This document shows, one piece after another, positions 1 to 14,611 of a stretch of DNA of 64,000 nt; the first letter of the stretch is position 1, and each line of letters opens with the position of its first letter. Made by a program: the position numbers and the translations under genes. The notes under the pieces are model-generated. The model was not told the DNA's origin. It did not search any database and saw only the letters and a list, made by a program, of their open reading frames with translations. This stretch comes from Chrysomallon squamiferum (taxonomy: Eukaryota; Animalia; Mollusca), in contig CM022667.1 in the NCBI GenBank assembly GCA_012295275.1, positions 20,150,001 to 20,214,000 on the forward strand, read 5' to 3'.

Positions 1-584
1 TAAAACAAATCCTCTGGGAAACACATTACTAGAAACAGACTGGCAGATATTTTTTTTTTACAAATAAATTAAAATTTAGAATATATCATTGTGTTATTTA
101 CTAAAATGATTTGAACTAAATTATTAAACCCACCACCCCAAAAGAATTGACAAACAAACAAACAAATTCAAATAAAGAAAGAAAGAAAGAAAGAAATAAA
201 GAAATAAAGAAAAGAAAAGAACCTAAAGAGTTACTTGATGTAAAAATAAGGCATTCATATTTGTTTTGAATTTAATAAAAACTGATAGATATATTGTTTC
301 AGTGTTAACATTAATATGATACTTTTAAAAATAATGGAAGGTATTTTGTAGGTTTTTTTTATTTTGTAAAATGTAAAAGAGTAAATGACTAAATCCACAA
401 TTTAGAAAATTTTACAAAAAACATTTCTAAAGAAGATCGTTAACTGAAAATTGGATGTGAATGCAAATGATACTTCCTCTTGTCCTGAATGGATTAGTCA
501 AATGAGACACTTACAAAAGAGATCAATGTATTGATCAGTGTAGAAATATGTATGTATTTTGATACGGCACTAAGTAAAACTCAC

Positions 585-2343
585 TCTCGTGGTAAAACGT
601 GAAGCACATGTTCATCAGCGTTTTGGCGGGAGAGTAATCCTCGGCTTCGTTGCACTCAAAGAGGCAGACGGCAAAATACTGTATCAGCTGAAAAAATGTC
701 TGTTCATCCACGCGCTTGCTGTTCACTCGCTAAAAGTAAAATATTCTGATTAATTATTCATGTGTGTCTGTTGAGAGCTGACACTATGCTGTTGTCAGTC
801 TTCATCACTGGAAATGATGTTTAGAGTAAGAATAAAAATGATTTACAAGTTTGTGGTTTCTGAATTCTATTTAATCATTGCCAAAACAACAGCATCGAAT
901 GTAAATAGACCAACTGTTCATGCTGGTGGATATATCTACTTAAGACTTTCCAGTGAGGCAATGTTTTCTAATTCTGTTGTATAATGACTAATGTCCATCA
1001 AAGAAAATAAATTCAAATACATTGGTGTCTCGATCAAAATACTGAATATTTTTATAGTTTTATTGTTTATACTTTGAGAGAAAAAGAAAGAGACAGCATC
1101 TACAATATTCTGCCTGTTTTATTTCAAAACTAGCTGCGTCAGATATTACCCAGATGTGTTATTTTACATGTGAACTGGTTAAATATAAAAATAATAAACT
1201 TGTAGATGAGCCCTGTTTGTTGCCTGTAAAACAAAAACAGTAAAGATTATATTCTAGATGACTCCAAGTTTGGGTCAAATATTTGACTGATGCCCATATT
1301 TATTCTGGTTTTGCGTTTATCTAATTCCAATTTTGATAAATGATTTCTTTTATAAATTCACACAGGAATTATGCAAAGAGGAAACTCTTGTTATGGATGT
1401 TGGAAGCACTCTGTCTGCCATGGAAATTTTCTGTTGAAAATCTCCCCAGGCAGCCCCAAAGAACTGTGTTTCTATAAACAAAACCTTGATTATTATTCTT
1501 TCACAAAAATCTACATTTCATACCTGATTTCATCACCACAAAATGAAATGTAATAACATTTGTAACTTTTTTCAATATCTCCTCCCATTTCATTTTTACA
1601 TATTAAAAGATTTTAATCTTTTTATTTTTCAGTTACAAACAATTATATAGCATTAAACATGATCAATAAAAAGACTTCAAAATGAAAAGAATACACCAGT
1701 ATCCAGTTTTGCTTTTAAATCTATAGAAAGTTTTTCTTTTACTCATGGGCTGCAAAGAAATCCATTAGACAGAATTTTATCCGTATTTTTATTTGCACAT
1801 AATTCTCAAACATGAAGTGAAGATGAAGAATAATGAAGAAAAGGAAGAACTCCTGATACTTGTAGAAATGTCTGATGATTGCCAGAACACTGAGTGTGAA
1901 GAAAATTAGTGGTCTCCAGGGAAATACCATGCCACTGAACAAACTTGTAACTGAACTGTAATATCCTTATCCTTACCTCTCTGTCCACATTTGGTATCAC
2001 TGAAGGTTATATAAATAATTAAGTAAAGTGAAAAAACACACAGAATTATATTACTCTGTAATGAATAAAATATATTCAGACATAAAAAGAACTAGAAAGA
2101 AATCCTGTTTAATGCACCCACTGACAGCATAAATATAATAACAATTTACCCAATTTATCTGTTTCTTTTTAAAAACTTCATTCTAATACAGCTGTAATTT
2201 TATACAGTCAAAACATTTCAAACCACCGAATGTATTAAAAACCCAGTTAAAAAAAAATATATATTATTCTGCTATTGTTTCAAACCAAGTTTTTTTGTAA
2301 TACAGCCTTGTTATAAAACAAAAATTCATTTTAAAAAGTACTG

Positions 2344-2403
<60 letters not shown>

Positions 2404-5400
2404 ATTTGTGTGTGTGTGTGTGTGTGTGTTTATGATTTACCTGAGAATTAACATAGCGAGAAAACCAGAGTCTTCCAGGAACTTGCTGTAATGAAAAATA
2501 ATTCAAAGATTATTATCAGTGAACAGTATCTAATTTCTGTTAAAGACAAATACAACATTTTTATACCATTTCTTAAACCTTTTAACTCTTTAACACAAAC
2601 CTACAAATTTGAAAAAAAAAAAAAAAAAAAAAAAAATTATTTCTATTAACACAACTTTATACATACAGACATTATGAATGACAAATAATAAGTCTGGGAA
2701 AACAAAACAAATTGCATTCATTCCTAGATTTAACACAAACCACTAAAATGATTATATCTTCCTGACATTCATACTGATTTTCACTCTACAGTAACATAAT
2801 CAATATAAAATGGAAATAAAAATGTTTTAAAAAGAAAATAAATATCAATAAAAATCTTATTCATTTAACTGAAATCCCCAGGAAAGCTGGCTAAATGTGT
2901 ATGTCTAAAATTATTTTTAAAGTTTTGAAAGAAAAATAAGGAAGAAATATATGTTTACCTGGCATAATTCTCCAAATTTTGCTTTTTCTGTTTGGGAAAT
3001 GATTTCACTGCAAAAAAAAAAAAAAAAAAAAATCTTTACTGTTATAAAAATAATTTTTAATAACACATAACAAGAACTACATTTAAGCCATAATATATTT
3101 CTAACAAAACATGTGAAAACCATTGTACTGCTTTAAAAAGAAAGAGACTGGAATTCAACATACATATTATATCAACAGTTATTACTGGAAATGGCTAGAA
3201 CCTCACTATAAAGTATTGCTGATTTCCATAGATTAAAAAAGCACATACTACACAGTACTGAAATATGTCTGGAATGAAAGGAAATAATTTAAAGTATACT
3301 AGTGAGAATTAATGCGAGTACTACTTATTTCTGTCATAAAACTATGATCAGCTGCAACTGACGTAAATAAAGTATAAGGAGATTTGATACCAAACCACTC
3401 AGCAGCAGAGCAGCAGCTGAAATGTTATCTATAAACTAAAACCATTAGTTCAGTAATGCCTTTTGATTAAAAATGTGGCAAAAATAGAAAAATACTGCCC
3501 ATAATAAGAAAAGGAAGGAAAGCATTATTAAATGTAGAGACAGTTATGGGAATTTCAACCAAAGATAAAACAACAGAAGGAAACCTGAAAGAATGTGATA
3601 ATTAATTTTGCAGACACACACATAATTCCTATGCCATTTTATTAAAATACCATTATCACAACTGATAATCTCACTTTCATGGACCTCAGGTTTCATGATT
3701 TTTGGAAGTCTGGATCAAATCTTGAAAAAATCACAAAATATGAACTTACTGCCATTTTCCTCTTGAAACCTTATGTCTAAGTTATTTTATGTTACTGTGA
3801 GTCCCACTAAGTGATCATAACAACACTTTCTCAACTTTTTTACATCAAAATAAAAGTAGTTTATTCCATATGCACCCATAATCATCCTAGCTTAACAAAC
3901 TTCACCCAACCTAGACTACTTTTTTCTACTATTCATTTTTCTTTACATAAACTGTGTATTGTTCTTACATCATTATATAGTTTAAAGTTTTAATAAATTT
4001 TTGTGTTATTGTTTCTATACACGATTTCCCAGTTTTACCTTTTCCAGACAAGTGCTCCCCTGATGAAATCAAAGATCAGCAGTATTTTATAAACAACAAA
4101 TTTTAATTTATTTGTTCAGTGTATGATTCAAATACAAATTAAATTATATAAGCTATACATATTACATTTGAATATTTTATTGCACATTGACCCACATATT
4201 TTATATTATACAGAAAATTAACTTAAAAAAACAGGTTTTAAAAATTAGAATAATAATAAGTTTCAAATATGTCCATTTTTATCTCTTGTACATTTTTAAA
4301 AACATAAAACTTTGAAAGTGCATTTAACATACAAAATTAATTTAAAATATATTTTAAAATTATGATTACTAATAGTGGAAAACATTTTATTTAAATATGG
4401 TTTTAAAATCCAATATATGTGAATTTAAAGTGTTTTTATTTTTTTTTCTTCTTATTTCATTCTGTTATTTCTTTTTTCTTTTTTTTTTTTTTTTTTAATT
4501 TTCTTCTTCTTCTTTTTAATTTATTTTCTATCACGTTATAATTGCAAAATTTTAAAGTGAGAAATTAAAAAAAAAGGTTTCAATAAAATAAAAAAGATCT
4601 GAGTGATCTTTGTCTTTCAGGACGAGCTACACGAATGCACACAGTGTTTGTGTGGGCTGATTTATGAAAAAAGCTCAATCAAAGATCAGAGAAGGAAAGC
4701 TGGTTCATTGATTTCCAACTAAAGATAAATGCTGAAAATCTCCCTGTTGACTTTGTTATGAGCGAAGCTTTCAAACTGTGAACATAAAGCCATAGCTAGT
4801 TATTAATCACTGCATGACCAAAACCACAAACACGACAAGTGATGCCAGTTGTAAAATTTCAATATAAAATTTTTCAAAAATTCTTAACTCTTATTATTAT
4901 CACAATTAATAAATTCCTAATAATTATAAATTTCATTTATTATCAAATTTTAAATTTCACCGTCATGTAATCTTAATTTTCTAAAATTTCAGTTTGAAAA
5001 ACAAATATATAATAGATGGATTATATAATTCCATACTTAACTGTTCAAATCATTAACTATATTCAAATAAAACTTGCTAAATAATTATTGTCCCATATCC
5101 AACTTCAATTTTCAAAAGAATAAGTACATCCCACAATGACTAGAAGTGTGTATATATATTATCTGCTTCATTAAATGTTTTTTTATTAATATTTATGACA
5201 TTAAGAGGAATCAGACTCAGCTTTGTGAAGCTATGAGAAGAATCATAAACTGACTCATTTATTCTGAATCATCAACACGTCTCCAAAATAAATTGCCACA
5301 CTCCACCTTTAGAAACTTGTCTATGCTAATTAACAACTCTCTGATTTCAGAAATTCATCTAAAACTGTTCTAAAAACAAAAACTGATACATGTTAACTAC

Positions 5401-7247
5401 TCCAAAATACAGAAACCTGACTACAGTTACTAGAAATCAAACTCAGAGAGAATTTGTTATTTGAGATATGCTCTTCAGCTGTCAAAAACAATTAAAAGCA
5501 TCATGTTTCATGAAAATACATGGCATCAAATACCAAGAAGAATATCCTGAAATCTATACACAATTAACACAGACTAAAACTATTTTACAAGCAGAGTAAA
5601 TTAAATACCAGCAAAAAACAAATTTGATGTTATTGCCAAATCAGTCTTTTAGCTTTTCAATAACTGAATAATCTCAGCTTTCCTCTTTTTTTGTCCAGCA
5701 AACAAATAATATTAAAGGAAAAACATGTTAGAAAAACAAAGAAAATCCCTAGAATGAAATAAAGATGTTTTTGTTTCATTCTACTGTTTTCCTTTTAAAC
5801 ATTTTTTTTTTTTTTTTTCCTTTTTGTTAAATGACTGCTGGGATTAGTTGATGTTTTTCTTTTAAATGAAAACCTAGCATCAAACTGTCAGGTTGATGAA
5901 GTGCAAAGAGAAACAAAAATACATTGCTCTGGCTTTCAGAATTTTTTCTGAATTTTTTTATATTTTTTTATTTTCAACAGAATTCTGTCTACAAAAAAAT
6001 ATTCATTAAATATTATTTTTAACGTGCTAAATTAAAATAAAGTTGAATGAAATATTTTAATAATGAATTATACAGAAAATACATTTCTGAAATATAATGC
6101 TAACAAAATGCATGTTTTTTATACAGCTGAATGAGTGGCTTAGCTAAATTGTATTGCCAGCATTTAGTATTCTACATACATACACAATGCAGTTTAACAT
6201 AAAAGACTATTTAGTTGAAAAGTATTTTTGTTACAGATGATAAATTTCTCAGTTAAGTAAACAATTGAATTTGTTTTGTTTTTTCAAAATAGTAATCATT
6301 TTAAATTGTTTTGCAACAAGGATAATATTTTAATTTTACTTAATACAACTACAAATATTATATTTAAACAAACAGTTTGGAATTAAAATACATAATAAAA
6401 TTAAAATAAATAATTTTTGTTTTTTGTTCATTTGTTTTATTTTTTTATTATTATTATTTATTTTTGTTTGTTTGTTTCTGTTAGACTGTCATTTTGTAAA
6501 CTAAGATCAATTCAAACAGTAACATATTGTAAACAACACAATATAATATAAAATAAGAATACAAGCATGACTTACAACCTCTTTGACCATATATTAATAC
6601 AAGCTGCAAGAATTATTAAGTCTACAAATGAAATCACTTTTGTTATTTTCAGTACAATAATTTAAGGTTATCAACAAAAAATGATATGTTATTATACTTT
6701 CTTGTATAAATCAAACACTTAGTGTTGAGTTAGAAATCTGATTATCGGAGATGTTAGGCGACATTTCTGAGTGGATTTACTTTGTAATCTATAATTAAAG
6801 ACTTTGCCTGTACTGATCAATATCTGTGATGCAGCTCAGTACAAATTTGGGTCAGAACATCTTTTCTTTGACTGCAAACATATCTTCAACCTTTCCAGTT
6901 CAGGGTTTGGGTCATAATTAGATTTAGGCTGAAGTTTAATGGTTACAGTCAAGTTTTATGAAAACTGAAATATTCTAATGCAGTGTGGTATTTATAAAGA
7001 TCATAAAAAGTTTAAAATTATAAATCTCAAGTTGTTACATCTCACTAATTTCAAAATATATTTTTCTCACCTTAGTAAACTGTCAATATACACTGAAAGA
7101 ATTTACAATAAAATGGATTAATATTATTATTATTAATTAGTTTTTATATTTTATATTTCAAAAATGTGAATGTGAGACAAGTTGCTTCCTGCTAGGAGAA
7201 TCACAATACAGATATAAAGAACTTCTTATTTCAGTCAACCTATCCAC

Positions 7248-7299
<52 letters not shown>

Positions 7300-8115
7300 C
7301 TAAGACAACAACGATTATATTCTCAAATTTACTAGAGACTTGAAAGCTACATCTGTCTTTCGTTATTCTGTATGCAGTTTGAATAAACAAAATTTTTTAT
7401 TACAGCAAATACGTTTTTTGTATCACTATTACAGCTTTTTTGCTTTGCAAAACAAAACATTAAAGTCAGTCAGAAGATAATTTGCTTCAGTAAATTTTAA
7501 ATTATTACAATTTTGTTTACAGCTGTTAAAGGTAATGTGATATGCAAAGAAGAACATTCAAAGTAATTTAGATTTTTTTTCTACTTAATCTACTCAAAAA
7601 ATGCAGTATTTCTATTACACAGTTTCATTTAAATCTTTGGATAAAATTATTCATTTTGTAAAAACCAAATCCAATATAAATGATTTGTCATTTTGATTTG
7701 TTAAGCGTGAGTTTTCATTAATATGTTTTATATATCCCCTATCATCTTCTCATGAAAAATATATCACTAGATAATGCAAAACTGTAAAATAGCTACAAAC
7801 AATTAATTCTTTATTACAGAATTTTAAATCTCTAAATGTGTACACATTTACCATTTCCTTAAAGTTCCTGAATTGATGTGAATTTCTGTGCAGTTTTTTT
7901 TTTTTCAGTTTTTTTGGTGGGGTTTGCTGTTGTTGGTTTTGCAGGATTTTTTTTTTTTTTTTTTTTTTTACAATTATTTTACTTCATTTTATTCAACAAT
8001 ATTTTATTATGAATGATCAAACCATCACACAATATGCAAAGAATATCTGTTATAACAACATCTCTAATCATTTAAGAGTTATTATGTGTATATAATGATA
8101 CATGTGTGTATAATC

Positions 8116-8171
<56 letters not shown>

Positions 8172-11100
8172 CAATATGGTGAAGACTATCTAAAAATATT
8201 ACACATAACTAAAGAACTGGATTTAATTTTTATGAAAAAGTGATTCTGATTATATTTTAAAATAATATGATAGCTTTTTTCTTCTTTTTTTATTCTGAAA
8301 ACTGGTAAGTACCATTATTTTTTCTAATCTTCCAGGCCCACAGCAGTATAAATATTTATACTAAATTATGACTGAAACAAACAAACTATTTACAAACGAG
8401 AAGTAATTAACTAAAGCAGCTATCACAGATGAACTGGAAACTCAGAGCTCTGTAATTACTTGATGGAGATTACACGTGACAGAACCAATATGGCAGTGTT
8501 ATGACTGACAGCATAGTGTGGTCTCAGTCATATTTTCTGTAACAGACCCAGCTGATCACCACATGGGTAGCAGAAAATCAATAGAAGAATAAACAAAATA
8601 TTGTTTTGCTAATATGCAGCTCAGCTGAAACAGGAAAGGTTGCAATAAATAAAAAAAAGTGCTGGCAATAAACTTTAGCCAAGTCATTGATTCTGTATAA
8701 GATAAAAATCAAACAAAATGCATAAATGTGACTTTGCTGAAACCAGCTTCCTAATAAAATTAGTGTTATGCTGAAGACAGTATTGTAAAACCAATATTAA
8801 TTTCCTATTATTATCAAATAAATGGCAGCAGTGAGCTGATATTAATATTACACTGTGGGAAGCTAATTACCCGCATTATCCTCTGAAATTACCATTTCTA
8901 AACAGGACAATGGACTGCTGGTGTGACTGTGACAATATTTGGTTGGTGAAAGAATCTGATCATCACAGTAAATGAAAATATATATTCTTTTGTTATGGAT
9001 GTTTTTGTGTAAGAGAAAAGAGAGTTATATTGTCTTTTCTGTAAAAAAAAAAACCAAACAAATAGTAATAATATTAATAATAAGATATATAATTTAACTT
9101 AAGTATGTACCTATGTTAATAATCTCAGTTAATTATCAAAATATGTTTTGTTTCTTTTTCAGGCCCATGTGTGGGGGTTAACTGAGGGCCCCCCACCCCA
9201 AGAATATTTAGAACACAGGAGATGCAGTTTCATGCTGAAGTAATTTAAACAAGTAAATTTACACAGAAATCTATGGGAAGGGGCACATGCACCCTTTGCA
9301 CCTTCCTCTATATGGGCATAGGTTGTCATGTAAAGATTAATTCTAATTTATGTACATTGTATTTGTTAAATGTGTTAATTTACACATATAGGTCTTCCTA
9401 ATACATCAGACTTTTGTTTGCTCTGGGGTTTCCTTTGAAATGATTGACATTAATATTTAAACTAAATCAGAGCAGAAATAGAAAATCAATTATGTCTGCT
9501 GTTAAAATCTGTATTAATTATTTTATCATTACATGATGAAGTAAAAGAAACTAATAAAAAAATAATGTTTATGTGGTGTTATTAGTAATAAATCAACTTT
9601 ATGATCAATTATAATAGCGCAGCAAATCACCATAGAAACAGTCTATCAACATAACATAACATGTTAGAAATGATAAATTGTTAATTTGGTAGAGTGTACA
9701 TAATCATTAGAGTCCTGTGATTTATTGAGTTTTCATTTTTAATTTGTATCGTTTAAAAGACACTGATATAAAACAAATAGATTTTCTATAAAAAAAATTA
9801 TATCTAAAAATAAGAAGGATGGAACCTAATTTTTCTTACATAAAACATTTTTCATAAATGTAACTACAAAAAGTAATTTAAAAAAAACTGAGTTTGTCAG
9901 CAGATATTAAGTGAAATACACCCATATTGAAATAAAAGTATTTACCTCAGTAATGTGTTTATTTATATCTTTAAAAGATGAACTAATTTACAGTATAAAC
10001 AGTCTAATATCAATTCCACACAGACATGAGTAAGTCAGTGAAACTCAACTTTTCACAAACATAAGAAATACAGAAACATCATTCAATTTTTATTACTTTT
10101 AGACTACTTATCATTAAATGTCAAATTTTTTATTTTTCATATTTCCATAACATTGAAACTTAAAATGTTGTTACATCTGAAACTTGTAAATGTAAATTAA
10201 CAGTTGATTTTTAGTATTTGTTCTGATGACACTGAAGAGAACTCAACTGCTAATTTTCCAAGGGTTACATTTATTGATTAGCAATAAGAAATATTTTATT
10301 ATAACCTTCCCATGAACAGTGAAGCAAGCACACTGTGATGTTTGTTAATCATATTGTTGAGAATTAAGCTGGAGGAGAAAACAATAAAAACAACATGTCT
10401 GAATCAAACACACTTGGTGACAGACCTGTATACAGCTGTCACCACTCATTCTCACATTAACGTTCATGTACTTGCATAAATATAATATTTATAACTAAAT
10501 CACTGATCTATAATAATGTTAGTGTCATACAAACATTTACTAAACACAAAACATGCATAAACACACCAAAATTTCTTTCAGCAGTTTTTAGCAGTAGATT
10601 TTTCACATCCTGTTAGTTAAAATTAAATAAATAAAACTAATCAAGGATATGTTCTTGATAATAAAAATGTATTTTCTTTATATTGGATATCACATTATTT
10701 TCTTCATGACTTTTGTCAGTGACAAAGAACAATATTCAGCAAAGCTGTCAAGTTTAATAAGTTACTATACCAAACTGGTTGTAATCAATAAAGCCTCATT
10801 TAGAATGACAAATGATATTTGATATATCAATAAATTGTTATTTCATCAATTTGCTTTTATTTCACTAATGTAATGGTGGCTGCATCAGTCATCAAACAGT
10901 TCTCAAAAAGAAAAAAAACAAAAATTTTCAAAAAAAAAGTACTGAAGTTTTGTTTTCCATTTTTTTTTTTTAGATTTCGCTATTAAATATTTTTAATTTC
11001 TTGTTTTCAAATTCAGTTTCATGATAAAAGTTATACAAACACATAAATGAATTAGCCAAAATAATGTATTTTGTATGTCTCTGATCACATGTGAGTTTTT

Positions 11101-13112
11101 AAGAGTTTTTGCTAGTAAATTATCCTAATTTGTATATATGTTTTTATGTATGTTTATATGAAAGTGTGTGTGTGTGTGTGTCATGAATGTTTATATATGT
11201 ATGTATTATTTATATGTATATTGATTTTTATGTTTGATGTATATACATGTATGTTTGTAAGTATGTATATATATATGTATGAATGGGTTAATATATGTGT
11301 GTTGTGTATGTGTGTATGTATGTATATGTCTTTGGTGCCTGCCTGTGTATGTGTGTACATGTGTTTGCTACAGAGAGTTATTGACAGTAAATTATGATAT
11401 ACTGTTTCATCAGCTGGCAAAGTTCTCATTATATCAGCTTGCATTTTCACACACTGAACAACAGACAAAAATAATAAAGTTATTTTTAGATTAGAATGGA
11501 AGGTGAAAATTTAAAATAAAAATGAACTATGTAGTTTAACTAGGACAGACAGAACTGTTTCATTCAGATCAATAGTCATCTGATATCATACATGTATATT
11601 AAAAACATATGTGCCTGTTATAGTACGCTTATGTTATACACAAGTAGTTATTTAATATATAAATATTCAGTTTGCAAATATCAAACTGGTATTATAAGGT
11701 TACTTCATGTTATTCTATGTATATATATGTGTGTGTGTGTGTGTGTTTGTGCCTATGTATGTATGTGTGTGTATATATATATATAGATATGTATGTATAT
11801 ATATATATTTTATATAATGTATATTTATATGTATGTGTGTTGTATCAAAAAACATAATAATAAATAAAAACATATCAATGATTTCAACATTTTTTTAATA
11901 AATACATGCAAGAAATATTTACATTAATAATTTTAAAAAATAATAATGATAAAAATTTGTAATATTTTTTAAAGCATGCAATATGGAGGTAAATTAAATT
12001 AACGAAGTTTTGTAATATTTTACATCCGTGTAACAGAGAACTGAATATGTTTTTAAATATGTTTTTAAAAAGTACAATACTTACTCTGCACTGAATATCT
12101 TGTCTACAAACTGTTTCATGAAGCTCATGCACTCGAGGGTAATTTCATCTGGCTGGCTGTCGATGCTGTAGGTGGAACTCCACGACTTCTCAGAGCCCAT
12201 GGACTGCGACCTCTGCAGCTGCACCCCTCCGAACTCCGCGTCTGATGAATCCATGCTTGTGGTCGCGAAGTAGTTGCGTGTACTGTCGTTGTCGTTTTCC
12301 TCCGAGGAATCACTGCTGTGTACATTTTTCACACCTGTTTCATGTTTGTCATCTGAGGCATCAAATGATATCAGGTCATCGGGAAGTGGTTTATCTGAAC
12401 TGAACACCAAACCTCCGTCAGGCCCATCTTCACTTGGAGGTACGTAATCGTCAAACAGCAGCTCGTCCACGGTACTTGAACGTCTGTTTGTCTGTAGTTT
12501 CGGAGCTCGTTTGTCTGTTCGTCCCTCAGTAGTTGTCTCGTCATGTCCGTTAGACACGGGATGTTGTACTTGATTTTCAGTTTCTTTTTCTGCACTCTGA
12601 GCAGGAGGCAGGTCCTGTTTAGAGTTCATGTCTTGTTCTCTGTCCACAGGCATTTTATTATCACTGTCTGAGCCACTTCTGCCAATGGGAGTTTCACGTT
12701 TGTTGTATATAGGTTCATCAAAACTGACATTCATTCCATTCACAACAACCTGTTCATCGGCACAACTGTTTTCTGAGTATCCCGAAGAACTTGCTGTCTT
12801 ACTAACAGGTTTGATATCCGATACTTTCTTTTCACCTCCATCTTTGCTCTGTCTGGAATAGTTTCTGGAAAGGTTAGGTGGGCGAGGTCTAGGCGGGGGA
12901 GTCCTGGGAGGTGGAGATGATGCTGGACTGGAGTTTTCACTGCCACTGCTTGTTGGGTTTTTTGTAATGGAATCAATTCTAGAGGAAATGTCATTGAAAA
13001 GTCCATTCTTCTTAGCGATCATAGAACTAAAGAACTTTGATGTGCCGTCACTAAAACTTTCAGTTAGTGACTTGCCTTCCTCACTACTTCTTCGACCTCG
13101 ACTGAAATCCAT
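585..13112 (-). CDS. KIAA0513: KIAA0513-like (SBF2-domain) protein, 5' part; coding exons 13112-12085, 3007-2959, 2485-2441, 729-585; continues beyond the left edge of the window
   Basis: Exons join in phase through GT-AG introns to give ...ECMSFMKQFVDKIFSAD-EIISQTEKAKFGELCQ-QVPGRLWFSRYVNSQ-RVNSKRVDEQTFFQLIQYFAVCLFECNEAEDYSPAKTLMNMCFTFYHE. This matches my recollection of the KIAA0513 core (EKAKFG..C / GREWFARYV..QR / FAVVLFEC...DD..PAK.LM.MCFT.YH). The long Ser/Pro-rich first coding exon is the 343-aa ORF. Confidence 0.85.
2345..2428. repeat. (TG)n microsatellite
   Basis: Visible. Other simple repeats occur at about 7249-7299 (TTA), 8120-8170 (CA), 33012-33054 (CT) and 61798-61866 (TG/GA). 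Confidence 0.95.
10230..10460. mobile_element. Possible degenerate SINE relic (similar patches at about 15960-16170 and 16460-16620)
   Basis: Segments such as GGGTTACATTTATTGATTAGCAATAAG...CTTCCCATGAACAG and ATCAAAGATGGTGGTATATGCTGTC...GGAAAAGTGC resemble my memory of an abundant gastropod SINE. This cannot be verified here. Confidence 0.3.
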
Positions 13113-14565
13113 AATGAAATTCCTTTCAATACAATTTCAACAGTTGCCAACTTTAAAATATTATTCTTGTCTCTGCTCTCCGACACTCACAGATTGCTAC
13201 CAAAAGGATTTATGCCCACACTGAAATGAAATATTTCTGTATTTAAATGAGGTCTTACATGGAGATCATGGAGAAACTATGGTAATGCTCCATTCCACTA
13301 AAAGGATTGTAAAACGTTCTGGCACTGATGACTTAAAAACCTAGAATGTCGCGAGTTCCTGTGTTTGAGCTTGCCAATCAATACAAGGCTTGTCCCTTTC
13401 CCAAGATAAGCTGGACTGCCTGCTATCCTGCAAATACATTGGAAAGCAAGATCAGACACATGCAATTTAGTCCAATCAATAGACAGCCAATATTATCAGT
13501 TATTCATGTAAGCATGGCTCCCACACAAATAAGCTAGCTACAAGTGAGCAAAGCTGTCTACTGGTACTGTAACTGTTTTTCAGTGACTGCAATTAGGACC
13601 ATCATTTAATGTATGTTATTAAATTATATTATGATTTTGATCCAACGGTTATTTACAGCTTTCTACCAGAAAGCATCAGAAAAAAAGAAAACTAAATATC
13701 TCTGAATGCAGTTAGAATCATCATTTAATCATTAAATATTATGACAATTTTAAACCAATAGTTCAATTATGAAAATTGTTTTAAAAATTAATTTTAAATT
13801 TCCAGTTTTATTCACGAATCTTTGCACACTGTCATGGTAGCTTTTCTTAAAACCTACTTCAATATTATCAAAAATAATTTTAAATACTGTTTGAATCGTG
13901 ACATGCATTTTTTTTTTTTACTGTCATTACAGCTGTTAATACAGATAATACTTCAAGTTTTGTTTTTTAAAACATGTAAGATGTTTTTCAAAACAATCTC
14001 CTTTAAACTTGCCTTTACCTAGAATGTGGAGGCCAGTGCAGACAATCCACGTCAACATCACTGTGTTTGGTTCGTTCTCACCTAGTAATTAGGTTTTTAC
14101 ACATGACTGTCTCTGTCATGGTTTAACTGTGATGCTTCACTAATCATCCATGTCAGAGATAAAACTTTCCGTTGACAACTTAATCACCTTTCTGTTTTGT
14201 TGCTATTTATACATTTTTGTTGGGATTTGTTATGGTTTTTTTTTAAAAATATAATATTAAAATAAATAATATAGAAAGAAAGAAAAGAAAGAAAGAAATG
14301 TAAAAATACATTTATAGCAAAATAAAGAGAAAATAAAAAAGACAATAAAAGAAAAAAAGGAAAAAGGTTTACTATATATGATGTCTATTAATCTAAGAAA
14401 AAATATTTACTGTCATCAACAAGGAACAAGTAAATAAATTATACAACAGCAAATAAATATAAATAAATAAATAAATATAAATAAATAAATATAAGTAAAT
14501 AACCAACACTTGAAAAAATATACACTCTATATGTGTCTGTATGTGTGTGCATATACTTTACACAC

Positions 14566-14611
<46 letters not shown>

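Noticed and set aside
9160-9320. GC-rich patch with weak terminal inverted similarity (CAGGCCCAT...ATGGGCAT)
   Set aside because: Possibly an old MITE, but the TIR is too short and degenerate to support a call.
11146-11857. Several overlapping ORFs rich in V/C/Y/M or H/T/I
   Set aside because: They are translations of (TG)/(TA) low-complexity microsatellite DNA.
12125-13224. Alternative-frame and antisense ORFs over the large KIAA0513 exon
   Set aside because: Expected by-products of a long GC-richer coding exon.
13340-13500. Three CCAAT boxes just upstream of the KIAA0513 coding exon
   Set aside because: Could be an alternative promoter, but there is no independent support and no ERSE spacing.
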